From an uncultured Nitrospinota bacterium (lineage in GTDB: Bacteria > Tectomicrobia > Entotheonellia > J063 > CAVPRW01), in NCBI GenBank assembly GCA_963707985.1, contig CAVPRW010000012.1, positions 36,444 to 100,443 on the forward strand: a stretch of DNA of 64,000 nucleotides, read 5' to 3'. The notes below the pieces were generated by a model. It had not been told where the DNA came from, did not search any database, and worked only from the letters and a program-made list of their open reading frames with translations. Positions 21,814-31,404 of this stretch are shown in pieces. Position numbers and translations under genes: made by a program. Within the stretch, counting starts at the first letter, position 1. The number at the start of each line of letters is the position of its first letter.

Positions 21814-22054
21814 CTACGACCAGTTTGCAACCCAGATAATCTGTGGCAGTGTTGCACCCAGCGCATTAGCTATTCTCTCGTCGGCAGTCACCCATGGACA
21901 GTGCTCACGCAGGCTCAGCTTGACGGTGGTGCAGAGCATCCTCACGGGCCTGCCAGCTCTCAAGCAATTGGGCAACACTGCTGAAGCCGTGAGCATGAGC
22001 AGTTTGCTCCAGACTGGAATAGAGGGCATCCGGACGCGTGACAATTCGACTCAT
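21814..22054 (-). pseudogene. VapBC-like TA remnant (antitoxin start fused by deletion to a PIN C-terminus)
   Basis: AGGAG RBS + MSRIVTRPDALYSSLEQTA...; downstream WVTADERIANA resembles the PIN LVTAD motif. Confidence 0.4.
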
Positions 22055-22089
22055 GGTAATACTCCTGACTTCTACAATACCTTCGCCAT

Positions 22090-22405
22090 TTAGACGAGGT
22101 TGGCTACATGGTTCACCCGCCCAAGTTCAGCTACTTGGGCAATCGCCTGCTCAATACAAATCGGCTCTGGCATTTCCGGCAGCAATTTTAAGGTTGCAAT
22201 CACATACTGCCGGCTCCGGAACCACGCCTTCAGATCGGTCACGCGCAACTCAGACCACTGGGGGCGTAGGGGACGCATCAAGGCGTGGGATACATTGACC
22301 ATAAACACAGCCAGATTGGCACTGTTGTAAACCGGCGTTTGGTTGACCGTCATGAAATCTTCTAATCCCCAATATTGCTTGGCATCCCGGAAATTGAACT
22401 CAATG
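22090..22405 (-). pseudogene. IS4/IS701-superfamily transposase C-terminal fragment
   Basis: IEFNFRDAKQYWGLEDF motif. Confidence 0.75.
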
Positions 22406-22550
22406 GTATAATCACACATGACAAATTCTGCTGCACCCGATGGGGCGTACTCCAGTTGTCATGGTGGCGTCGTCCCAAGCGGCTCCACAGGTAACGCGCT
22501 AGCTAGGGTATCCTTCTGCGTCCAGTACGCCCTAGACGCAGGAGGAAGCC

Positions 22551-22844
22551 ATGAAAACACCTTGGCATGTGCGCCGGACTGTGGTGGCACGGAGCGACGG
22601 TCAACGACGGTGGGACTATGCATACCAGTTCCTTCTGCAATGGGCCATGGAACATCCGGCAGGCTCGTGTCCTGCACCATCACACCCGCAGGAGGATCAT
22701 CATGGAAATTGCCCTCTATGTCCGGGTCTCCACCACCCGGCAACAACACACGCAGACGATTGCGCAACAAGTGGCTCGCCTACGGGAGTACGTCGCGATG
22801 CAGCCCGACTGGCATCTGGCCGAGGAGCATATCTACCGCGATGA
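22551..22844 (+). CDS. Small ORF overlapping the recombinase start
   Basis: AGGAGG RBS; WHVRR...DGQRRWDYAYQFLLQW; natural stop may lie earlier. Confidence 0.5.
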   Translation: MKTPWHVRRTVVARSDGQRRWDYAYQFLLQWAMEHPAGSCPAPSHPQEDHHGNCPLCPGLHHPATTHADDCATSGSPTGVRRDAARLASGRGAYLPR

Positions 22845-24305
22845 CGGCTATAGCGGAGCCAAGCTCCAGCGCCCAGGGCTGGATCGGTTGCGGGACCGGG
22901 CCGCTTTGGCGGCGTTTGAACAGGTGCTCATCACGGCTCCAGATCGCCTGGCCCGTACACTACGTGCATCAACTGCTCCTGATCGACGAACTCAGTCAGC
23001 GCGGCTGCCACGTCGAGTTGCTGGATCGTCCGATGAGTCAAGACCCGCATGATCAGCTCCTGCTCCACATTCGGGGGGCGGTCGCGGAGTATGAACGCGT
23101 CCTGATTGCGGATCGGATGCGGCGGGGACGCCAGGCCACATTCCGCAGTGGACAACTCCTGCCCTGGAGCCGAGCCCCCTACGGCTATCTCCTAGATCCT
23201 GAACGCCCCCGCGACCCGCGCCGGGTGCGAATCGACCCGGTCAAAGCGGCCGTGGTGACGCAGATCTTCGCGTGGTATACCGATCCTCGCACCCCGGTGA
23301 GTCTGTATTGGGTGGCCAAGCGCCTCAGCGATGAGCAGATTCCGACGCCCAGTGGCAAGGCCCGCTGGAACGTGGCCTCGGTGCGTGGTGTCCTGCGGTC
23401 TCCGGCCTATACCGGCACGGCCTATTGGGGACGTACGCGTCCCGCCCCGGCTCGCTCCCGCACGTCCGCCTTGCAGCCTGTTGGTCCGGGTGCGAGTCAC
23501 CAGCCCGCCCCTCCTGAAGAGTGGCTGGCCATCCCTGTGCCGGCAATCGTCAGGCAGGACATGTTCGATGCCGCACAGGCGCGTCTCGATCGGCATAGCC
23601 AGTTGGCCCGACGGAATAATACGGCGCATGACTACCTGCTCCGTGGTCTGGTCAGCTGTGGCCAGTGTCTCTTGGCCTGCACGGGGCGCACCCTACGCCC
23701 TGGTTACCACTATTATCTGTGCCGCGGCCGGACCGATGCCCTGCGGGCCGCCCAGGGGGAACGCTGTACGGCGCGCTACGCGCCAGCTCGCGGTCTTGAC
23801 GAACTGGTATGGCACGATCTGTGTCGTGTCCTCACTGAGCCCGTGCTCATCACCCAGGCCTTGCAGCGTGCCCAGGGGGGCGAATGGCTACCCCAGGCAT
23901 TCCAGGCACGGCGGAAGACCCTCCAGGAAGCCCTCGCGCAGCTCGAACGCCAGCGCACCCGGTTGTTGGAGGTCTATCTGGCCGAAATTATTCACCGTGA
24001 CGAATTCGAGCGGAAACATCAGGAGGTGACCCAAACGCACCACAGCTTATTCCACCAACTGCGCCCACTCGAGGCCCAGGCGTAGCCACAGGTGGACGTA
24101 GCCGCGCTCGCCAAGGGCATCGAGACTTTTTGCCAGCGGGTCTGTCCGACTCTGGCCCAACTGACCTTTGCCCAGCGCAGACAATTGGTCGAGTGACTCA
24201 TTGATCGTGTGATCGTCAATAATGACCAGGTGGAAATTCGCTATGTGGTGCCCACGGGGCCCAAAGGCGAAACCACCCCCTTTTGTCATTTGCGTTTAGA
24301 CTATC
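22702..24305 (+). pseudogene. Large serine recombinase (resolvase + recombinase + Zn ribbon)
   Basis: YVRVST, DDGYSG, PDRLAR, PYGY, LLRGLVSCGQC, CHLRLDY; frameshift near 22957 and stops at 24083 and ~24194; imperfect inverted ends ATGACAAA (~22418) / TTTGTCAT (~24282). Confidence 0.85.
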
Positions 24306-24506
24306 TCGAGGACCATCTGCGCCTGAATGGCCCCTGGCCATACAAGTTGTCAGACCTCTATTATGAGCCAGCGGTCACCGCAGCGGTGCAGAAAATCGCG
24401 GCCGAGGAACACACAAAAGTTGCCGCCTGAGTGTACCAATGTCGTGTGGACCGATTTAGACGGGAACTGGAAATAGCCAAACGCAGGTTGAGAGAGCTGT
24501 TGCGTA

Positions 24507-24830
24507 ATGACCCACAGTGAATTGAAGCGCACGGCACTGCAAAAAACAGAATTGCAAGCCGACTATGAGGCATTGGGCCCTGAATTCGAGATCTTGCGCC
24601 AAATGTTGCAGGTCCGTCAAGCCGCTGGCCTCACCCAGGCGCAGGTGGCCGAGCGCATGGGCACCAAGCCGCCTGCGGTGACGCGTTTGGACGCGTCGCT
24701 GAGTAGAGGCTAGCATTCGCCATCTCTCGCCACCTTGCGGAGGTATGCTGAGGCGGTGGGTTGTCGTCTCGAAGTGCGTCTGGTGCGCTCCCGCGCGAGG
24801 TCTAACCAGGGCCTGGAGCCGACGCGGTGA
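24507..24830 (+). pseudogene. XRE-HTH antitoxin (HigA-like) with a premature TAG
   Basis: GLTQAQVAERMGT...; TAG at 24711-24713, then the frame continues HSPSLATLRRYAEAVGCRLEV into attC. Confidence 0.75.
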
Positions 24831-24859
24831 CCCGCGCGGCTCAGGCCTAGCCGTTGAGT
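24800..24859 (+). repeat. Integron attC site (60 bp)
   Basis: R'' GTCTAAC (RYYYAAC), L'' CCTGGAGC pairing with L' GCTCAGG with one extrahelical G, central hairpin, R' GTTGAGT (GTTRRRY). Confidence 0.8.
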
Positions 24860-24922
24860 TCGGCGGCAAAGTGAGACACTACCCTCTGGCTGGTGCTGCT
24901 GCGGGGAAGGGTTAGGTCTGAC

Positions 24923-24993
24923 GAACCGGATGCCTGAATGGGGCACGTCCGGGTCTGTGGGGGCCTGGTGGGTCACCGCCAGGTCTACCCGGC
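24923..24993 (+). ncRNA. Group II intron DV-DVI remnant abutting an attC-like site
   Basis: GAACCGGATGCCTGAATGGGGCACGTCCGGGTC (DV-like) + CCTGG...CCAGG hairpin ending CTACCCGGC. Confidence 0.7.
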
Positions 24994-25065
24994 AGCTGAC
25001 TGCCTCCAGAGTCCGCTCCGACGTCGCTCGCGCTTCCGGCAGCAGCTGACGCCCAGCCGTTGGAT
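24991..25065 (+). repeat. attC-like site lacking its 5' end
   Basis: CAGCTGACTGCC...CCGGCAGCAGCTGA stem, ends GTTGGAT (GTTRRRY) just upstream of the sulfotransferase RBS. Confidence 0.6.
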
Positions 25066-25110
25066 GTCGCGTGTAACCAACTGAGAACTGAACAGCATGA
25101 GGAGGTGCCC

Positions 25111-26019
25111 ATGACCGAACCGATTATCTGGCCGAGGAAGACCCGAGAGCTACACAACCATCACTTCGATTCTACGATCTGGAACCATCTCCAGTTCCGC
25201 GACGACGACATCATCATCGCGACCTACGCCAAGTCCGGAACGACCTGGATGCAGCAGATCGTCGCGCAAATGCTGTACGGTCCGGATCCAGGCCTTGAAG
25301 TCGCAGAGATGTCTCCATGGCTCGACCTTCGCGTCCCCCCGCAGGCCGTGAAACTGCCAGTGGTGGAAGCACAGACCCACCGACGGTTCCTGAAGACGCA
25401 CCTCCCAGTGGATGCGCTCGTCTTCTCACCCCAGGCAAAGTACCTCTATCTCGGGCGCGACGGCCGCGACGTCGTATGGAGTCTGTACAATCACCATATG
25501 AACGCGAACCAGAAATGGTATGTAGCGCTCAATGACACACCCGGGCGCGTTGGGCCGCCCATTACACCGCCTCCCAGCGATATCCGGCAGTACTGGCGCG
25601 GTTGGTTGGAGCGCGACGGCTATCCCTTCTGGTCGTTCTGGGAGAACGTCCGCACCTGGTGGGAGATTCGCAAACTCCCAAATGTCATGTTCGTGCACTT
25701 CGCGAACTTAAAGCGCGATATGCCGGGACAGATGCGCCACCTCGCGGCGTTCCTCGACATTTCCATCAACGAAACGCGGTGGGAAACGATTCTGGAATAT
25801 TGCTCTTTCGATTGGATGAAGCAGAACGCTACCAAGAGCGTTCCCCTGGGTGGCGCATTCTGGGACGCCGGTGCCCAAGTCTTCATTCATCAAGGGGTGA
25901 ATGGCCGATGGGCGGAGACCCTCACCCCAGAGGATGTGGCAGAGTATGAGGCGCGGGCAGTGCGGGAACTCGGCCCCGAGTGCGCGCGATGGCTTGCTAC
26001 CGGCGAGGGGTTGGACTGA
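25111..26019 (+). CDS. PAPS-dependent sulfotransferase (Sulfotransfer_1)
   Basis: ATYAKSGTTW (5'-PSB), LKTHLP, RDGRDVVWS (3'-PB), GVNGRW; GAGGAGG RBS. Confidence 0.92.
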   Translation: MTEPIIWPRKTRELHNHHFDSTIWNHLQFRDDDIIIATYAKSGTTWMQQIVAQMLYGPDPGLEVAEMSPWLDLRVPPQAVKLPVVEAQTHRRFLKTHLPVDALVFSPQAKYLYLGRDGRDVVWSLYNHHMNANQKWYVALNDTPGRVGPPITPPPSDIRQYWRGWLERDGYPFWSFWENVRTWWEIRKLPNVMFVHFANLKRDMPGQMRHLAAFLDISINETRWETILEYCSFDWMKQNATKSVPLGGAFWDAGAQVFIHQGVNGRWAETLTPEDVAEYEARAVRELGPECARWLATGEGLD

Positions 26020-26429
26020 GGGCCGGGGCTCTATGTGTTCGAGACCTGTCCAGCGCTCAAGAGTGTGTCTTTGCGCAGCGCCAGAGCATTCTGGCGCTTG
26101 GGCTCGGCCGTGATGGGATGAGGCAGCACCCGACAACCGGCTGCAGCCGACGCCCTACAGCCCCGGCGCACCACAATGTCTAGGCCAAGTGGCTCTCATG
26201 ATGTGAGGAGAGCCTGACACTTCTTGGGCTGAGGGCGCAGAGGTGCCTGACACACTTCTCAGCATCCAGTACATTGTGCCAGGTTTTTTCATATGAGGGG
26301 AGTCAAGGGCCCACCCTTAGTATGGATCCTCAAGAGAAGCATCAGCGAAAGACTCCAACATCCGGAGCAACGCTGGAGGGAGGGGGCATGACGCAACGCG
26401 CACTCTGAGCTGCTGCCTGTATTTGCCTG

Positions 26430-26735
26430 ATGGTCCTCCTTGTGGCTCCCTGGTTGGCATGGTCTCATGCGGATACCATGTCGATCGCTCCCTCATTTCA
26501 AGAGCCAGCCTCTCAGCGTTTTGACTCTGTCGATGTTCGTGTTCCCCAGTCGATCTCTCGTCACGTTACCCAAGCGGGGCTGATTCTGGCCGCGCTCTCT
26601 CTCCTTCCCCTCCGCGTGTCGAGCGGGATCAGCAAGCGATCCCGAAGGGCAATAACCCTCTGTGTTGTGCTTATCCTCAGCCTCAATGCGTTCAGCATCG
26701 CCATCCATTCGGTCCACCACCTATTCGATCCCTAA
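26430..26735 (+). CDS. Hypothetical membrane protein (possibly truncated)
   Basis: Hydrophobic segments ending HSVHHL; weak support. Confidence 0.3.
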   Translation: MVLLVAPWLAWSHADTMSIAPSFQEPASQRFDSVDVRVPQSISRHVTQAGLILAALSLLPLRVSSGISKRSRRAITLCVVLILSLNAFSIAIHSVHHLFDP

Positions 26736-26939
26736 CAAGCCACCGAGTGCCTTGGGTTCGTCACTTCCCAACATGTCACTGGCACCTCCTACAAGTTGCA
26801 GGGGTACTTCCGGCTTCCCGAGGAGCAACGCACGCCGGTGGAGGAGCGGTTGGACGGCCGGCGCTACAATATCCAAGGACGCAGCGATGTGACGCTGTTG
26901 GCGGTCCCGGGCTCATCAGTCTCCGCGCCTTCTACGTCA

Positions 26940-27350
26940 ATGGTGATGACGAAGATACTTGTAATTCTCATGGTGATGTCCCTGCTTTTGCTAGGCGCTG
27001 TACACATAGCTCGAGCTGGAAAGCCGCCGGCACCGCTCAAAGAAGCAAAGGCGGGTGACCTCGGAACAATCCTGATAGACCCTGAGGGGATGACTCTCGA
27101 CACCTTCGCGCACGACACGGAGCCCGGCAAGAGCACATGTAACGGGCCATGTGTGGAAAATTGGCCGCCCTTCACGCCCATGGCGAATGCCCCCGCACCG
27201 AAGCCACCATTGAGCGTCATCACGCATGACGATGGCACGATGCAATATGCCTATAAGGGCAAGCCCCTCTATCGCTATATCAAGGACCAGAAGCCCGGTG
27301 ACACGATGGGGCAGAAGTTTCGCGATCGATGGTTCGCGGCACAACCGTAG
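26940..27350 (+). CDS. Secreted repeat protein (COG4315/Lipoprotein_15-like)
   Basis: Signal peptide; GMTL.TF..D..GKSTCNGPCVENWPP and QYAYKGKPLY.Y..D..PGD..GQ motifs. Confidence 0.85.
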   Translation: MVMTKILVILMVMSLLLLGAVHIARAGKPPAPLKEAKAGDLGTILIDPEGMTLDTFAHDTEPGKSTCNGPCVENWPPFTPMANAPAPKPPLSVITHDDGTMQYAYKGKPLYRYIKDQKPGDTMGQKFRDRWFAAQP

Positions 27351-27590
27351 GGCATCGTTTGCCCCGGTGGTAGGGATATCTTTCGAGCATCGCTGGCGGC
27401 ACCGGAGGGCTGCTGATTGACGAGACGGGCCAGGAGGGGTCTCCTATAGCATTGGGTCAGCAGGATGGGCTGCTATGGGATCTTCATCGGCCTTCTCAGC
27501 ACCCTCCTGGCGCTCCCCTCTTTGACAAGGGGGCAGGGAGGATTTGCTAGCGTCTGCAAACGCAGGGGCACTCATGTCAGGGGTTGCGAT

Positions 27591-28709
27591 TTAGGCCGGC
27601 TCACCTGATTGGGCCCCGAGTTGAGCAGGGTTCTGTTGCCGTGGGAGACGTCCGTGGCCCATCTCGGGAACACCTCGACGCGACCACGGCAAGGAACGGA
27701 ACGACTGGTACACCCTCTCGGGTGTCTCGAGAGGCAAGCCCTGCGCCTCCAAGTCTTGCCGATGCCATTCGTCCAGCAGGGGGCAGAGCTCGGGGCCTCG
27801 CAGCTCCTGCCCATCGCCCATACGGATGACGTAGCCCTCCTCTGGAGGATGCCCCTCCTGTGTGCGGAGGGAGATCCGGGCTTGCCCAAACAGCTCAGGC
27901 GCCACGAAAATCGGGGCCCGCACGCGCAGCGCCAAATTCAATGCATCACTCGGTCGAGCATCGACTTCATGCACACGGTCCCCCACCTTCACCCAGATCG
28001 TGGCATAAAAGATGTTGTCGTGCAGCCGCGTGACCGCCACCCGTTCCACAGGAATCTCGGCTACCTGTAACAAGCGTGCCATGAGATCATACGCCAGGGG
28101 GCGGGCGGGCGAGATGTTGGCCAGTTGCAGGGCCAACAGGTTGGCGTCGACTATGCCGACCCAGATGGGCAAGATACGCTTCCCAGCCACTTCCTTGAGC
28201 AAGACGATGTGCACCAATCCCAGCTGGTGCGATCCTGCTGGCCAGGTGATATCCTCGCCTTTGAGGGCGTGCACGATGACATTGTCAACCGTCACCTCGA
28301 TCATTGAGGCCTCCATAGCAGTATGCACGATGCGGTGCAATTCGTGGGCTTCCGAGGCAGCTTCCGGTGAAGGTTGCCTATCGGCCCACCTGATGCTCGG
28401 CACCGCATGTCCTCCATGCCAATCTTCGAGCGCGTAGACTGCGTGTCGGCTGCGCAGCCGCATGCGACACAGGTTGACGACGATGCCGAACAGCCAGGCG
28501 CCGAAGCGATCTGGGAGACGCAAGTCACCCAAGCCCAGAAACGCCTGGAGAAGTGCCTCCTGTACCACGTCTTTCGCATCAGCTGGGTCGTCGAGGAGAC
28601 GGCGGGCCATCCGGATCGCCCCCGGTCGGTGTCGGTCGATCAACGGGGCGAGGGCAGATTTTTCTCCCACTAACACCTGTGCCACGAGAGCTGCGTCGTC
28701 CTGGAGCAT
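27591..28709 (-). CDS. ECF sigma region 2 fused to a bifunctional nuclease (DUF151) domain
   Basis: DAKDVVQEALLQAF...FGAWLFGIVVNLC (sigma2); LPIWVG, RPLAYDL, DARPSDALNLAL (DUF151); no sigma4 visible. Confidence 0.82.
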   Translation of the reverse strand: MLQDDAALVAQVLVGEKSALAPLIDRHRPGAIRMARRLLDDPADAKDVVQEALLQAFLGLGDLRLPDRFGAWLFGIVVNLCRMRLRSRHAVYALEDWHGGHAVPSIRWADRQPSPEAASEAHELHRIVHTAMEASMIEVTVDNVIVHALKGEDITWPAGSHQLGLVHIVLLKEVAGKRILPIWVGIVDANLLALQLANISPARPLAYDLMARLLQVAEIPVERVAVTRLHDNIFYATIWVKVGDRVHEVDARPSDALNLALRVRAPIFVAPELFGQARISLRTQEGHPPEEGYVIRMGDGQELRGPELCPLLDEWHRQDLEAQGLPLETPERVYQSFRSLPWSRRGVPEMGHGRLPRQQNPAQLGAQSGEPA

Positions 28710-29083
28710 CGAAGCCTCCTCTCGGATCCAGTCATACCCATATCTGATCGTATGTTGCAGGTCAACGAGAAAAGGTTGCAGAGGGCATATAGAGACACGT
28801 TTGCCTGATTCTCGACCACTGAGCCCCTTAGGGTATATAATGCATCCTATGAGGCCACATAAGCCCGGTTCAATGCGGCACACAGACATTTATGATCCGA
28901 TGGCTCCCGTGAAACCGGCAAGCTCAGAAGAGGTCTCATACACTTCGTGAAGCGCAACCCATGGCAAGGGAGGGGTCATCAGGCGTGCATGGCACGGCGT
29001 GGCATGCTAACACGCGTGCGAGAATGGCGGTGGCGCTCTCTTCGAATGCATCCCACTTCACAGTGACAGTCAGGAGGTCAGTC

Positions 29084-30136
29084 ATGGACTTCGGTATCAA
29101 TGTGGACTTTGCGGTTCGCCGCGGCGGCACACACGAAGAGACGTTCCAGGAAGCGTTTGAGCTGGTGGACCTGGCTGAAGACATGGGAGTGGATACCGCA
29201 TGGTTGGGAGAGGGCCATTTCTTACCGAACCGCTCGGTGCTGTCTGCTCCGATCGTGGTGGCCAGTGCCATTGCGGCCCGCACCAGACAGCTGAGGGTTG
29301 GCATGGCAGTCCAGGTGTTGCCCTTGATCCATCCCCTGCGCATTGCCGAGGAAGCCGCGACGGTGGACCAGATCAGCCAGGGTCGTTTCGAGTTCGGCAT
29401 CGGGCGTAGTGGTAACGTGCGCGCCTATGACATCATGGGGATCGACTATGCCGAGAGCAAAGAGCGCTTCCAGGAAGCGCTCGATATCATCCTGAAGGCC
29501 TGGTCCGGGGAGACCTTTTCCTATGAGGGCAAATACAATCACATTACCAACGCCACCCTGTCACCCTCGCCCTACCAGAAACCCCATCCCAAGATCCGCA
29601 TAGCCGCCAGTAGCGGCGATAGCTTTGGCCGCATTGGTCGGCTGGGTTATCCAATCTTTCTGGGACTGCGGTTCATGGATGTGGAAGACCTGAAGACCAA
29701 TCTGCGCGACTACCGAGAAGACTGGATGAAAGCCGGATACCCGGGTGCGGCAGGGGATATCAACGTGCGCTTCCCGATGTACATCGCCCCGAGCGACGAA
29801 GAAGCGATTGAAGAACCGAAGGAGAGCATCGAGGCCTTCTTCCGCCGCATGCGCGAGATCTTTGAGTATTCGTTAGGGCGAGCGGGGACCGAACGGACTG
29901 AGGTGCGGCAGGCACGCTACCAGCGGATGGTCAACTCCACCTATGAGGACCTCCTGGAGACCAGGGTGGTCTTTGGCAGCCCTGAGAGCGTTATCGACCG
30001 CTTGACCCAGTTCCAGGAAATGCTGGGGATCACCGGGATCACCGCGGAACTGAATCCCGGCGGGTTCCTCCCCAAGGAAGCCGTGCACCGGAGTATGAGA
30101 CTCCTGGCTGAGAAGGTGATGCCAGCTTTCAAGTAA
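29084..30136 (+). CDS. LLM-class flavin-dependent oxidoreductase
   Basis: WLGEGHF, HPLRIAEEAATVDQISQGRFEFGIGR, PYQKPHP; AGGAGG RBS. Confidence 0.93.
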   Translation: MDFGINVDFAVRRGGTHEETFQEAFELVDLAEDMGVDTAWLGEGHFLPNRSVLSAPIVVASAIAARTRQLRVGMAVQVLPLIHPLRIAEEAATVDQISQGRFEFGIGRSGNVRAYDIMGIDYAESKERFQEALDIILKAWSGETFSYEGKYNHITNATLSPSPYQKPHPKIRIAASSGDSFGRIGRLGYPIFLGLRFMDVEDLKTNLRDYREDWMKAGYPGAAGDINVRFPMYIAPSDEEAIEEPKESIEAFFRRMREIFEYSLGRAGTERTEVRQARYQRMVNSTYEDLLETRVVFGSPESVIDRLTQFQEMLGITGITAELNPGGFLPKEAVHRSMRLLAEKVMPAFK

Positions 30137-30284
30137 GGCGATATGGCGCTGCCAAACACGGGCATTGTCGCGGTCAAGCGGAGACACCGGGTTTGGCATG
30201 ACCCAATCTGGTGTCGTCTGCTTTTCCCTGCATGTGTCCAAGTGGCAGCATAACATTCACCACGCCTGACAGCGGGAGGGTGTC

Positions 30285-31195
30285 GTGAAGATTGTGCTCT
30301 ATGACGGCGACAAAGTGGGGCTGCTGAAGGACGGAAACGTGGTGGACGTCAGCGGGGTGGTTCCCAGAGGTGGAACGCCGCAATGGACTATCGAGGGACT
30401 CATCACCAACTTTCAGTCACTGAAAGGAGGGCTTCAACGGGCACTGGACCAGGGGGAGGGGATTCCTCTCTCCACTGTACAGCTGCGGGCACCGGTGCCG
30501 CGGCCTGGGAAGATCGTCTGCATGGGGGGGAACTTCGGGGAGTTCGTTGGGCGTCAGGGTACCATGTGGGGCTTCCTCAAGTCGCCGGAGGCCGTCCTGG
30601 ACCCAGGCGGCACGGTGGTGTTACCGCCCGAAGACGCCAATATCTTCCATCACGAGGCTGAGCTAGTGGCGGTCATAGGCCACACCGCCTCCCGGATCAG
30701 CAAGGATGGTGCTCTCGGGAATGTCTTTGGCTACATGTGCGGCTGCGACGTCTCGGGACGCTTCCCCCCGAGTCACGCCAGCAGTTCGGCAAGTCGTTTG
30801 ACACCTTCGCCCCGATTGGGCCCTGCATCGCGACCTGGGACGAGGTCCAGGACCCGCATCAGCTTCAGGTGCGGATGTGGATTGACGGGCAACCTCGGCA
30901 CGACTACCCCATGAGCGATATCGCCCACTCTATTGAAGAAAGCCTGGCGTGGATGAGCTCCATGGCCACGTTAAAGCCCGGCGACCTTTTCTTCCTGGGG
31001 ACCAACCACCAGGGTATCGGGCCGCTCCAGGACGGCGAGCATGCCGTCATTGAGATCGACCGGGTCGGGCGGTTGGAGTTCAATGTCAGCGACCCGCTGC
31101 AGCGGCGCTGGCCCAAAGAGATCGATGCGGTGTCGGCCAAGGATGTGCGCGAGGGCACGGGCGGGCCTGGCCGCCGCACCCGGCCGTTGGGGTAG
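30285..31195 (+). CDS. Fumarylacetoacetate hydrolase family protein (frameshift near 30770)
   Basis: PGKIVCMG, HHEAEL, GKSFDTFAPIGP, LKPGD across two frames. Confidence 0.85.
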
Positions 31196-31404
31196 ACGGT
31201 GAGGGTCATGACTCTGCCCCTAATGGCTATCCCTTCGCAGATGATGAGGTTTGGGATGCCGCCATAAACCTCGTCATAGCCTCCAGGACCCCAGCTGAGA
31301 GTTAAGCCCACTGTGCCTCTTTGTGAGGCCTGTGAGTGAGAATGTTTGGACGAGTTCGAAGAGCCATAACTACTGGGCTGTGCGCGGGATACAGGGCTAA
31401 CGTA

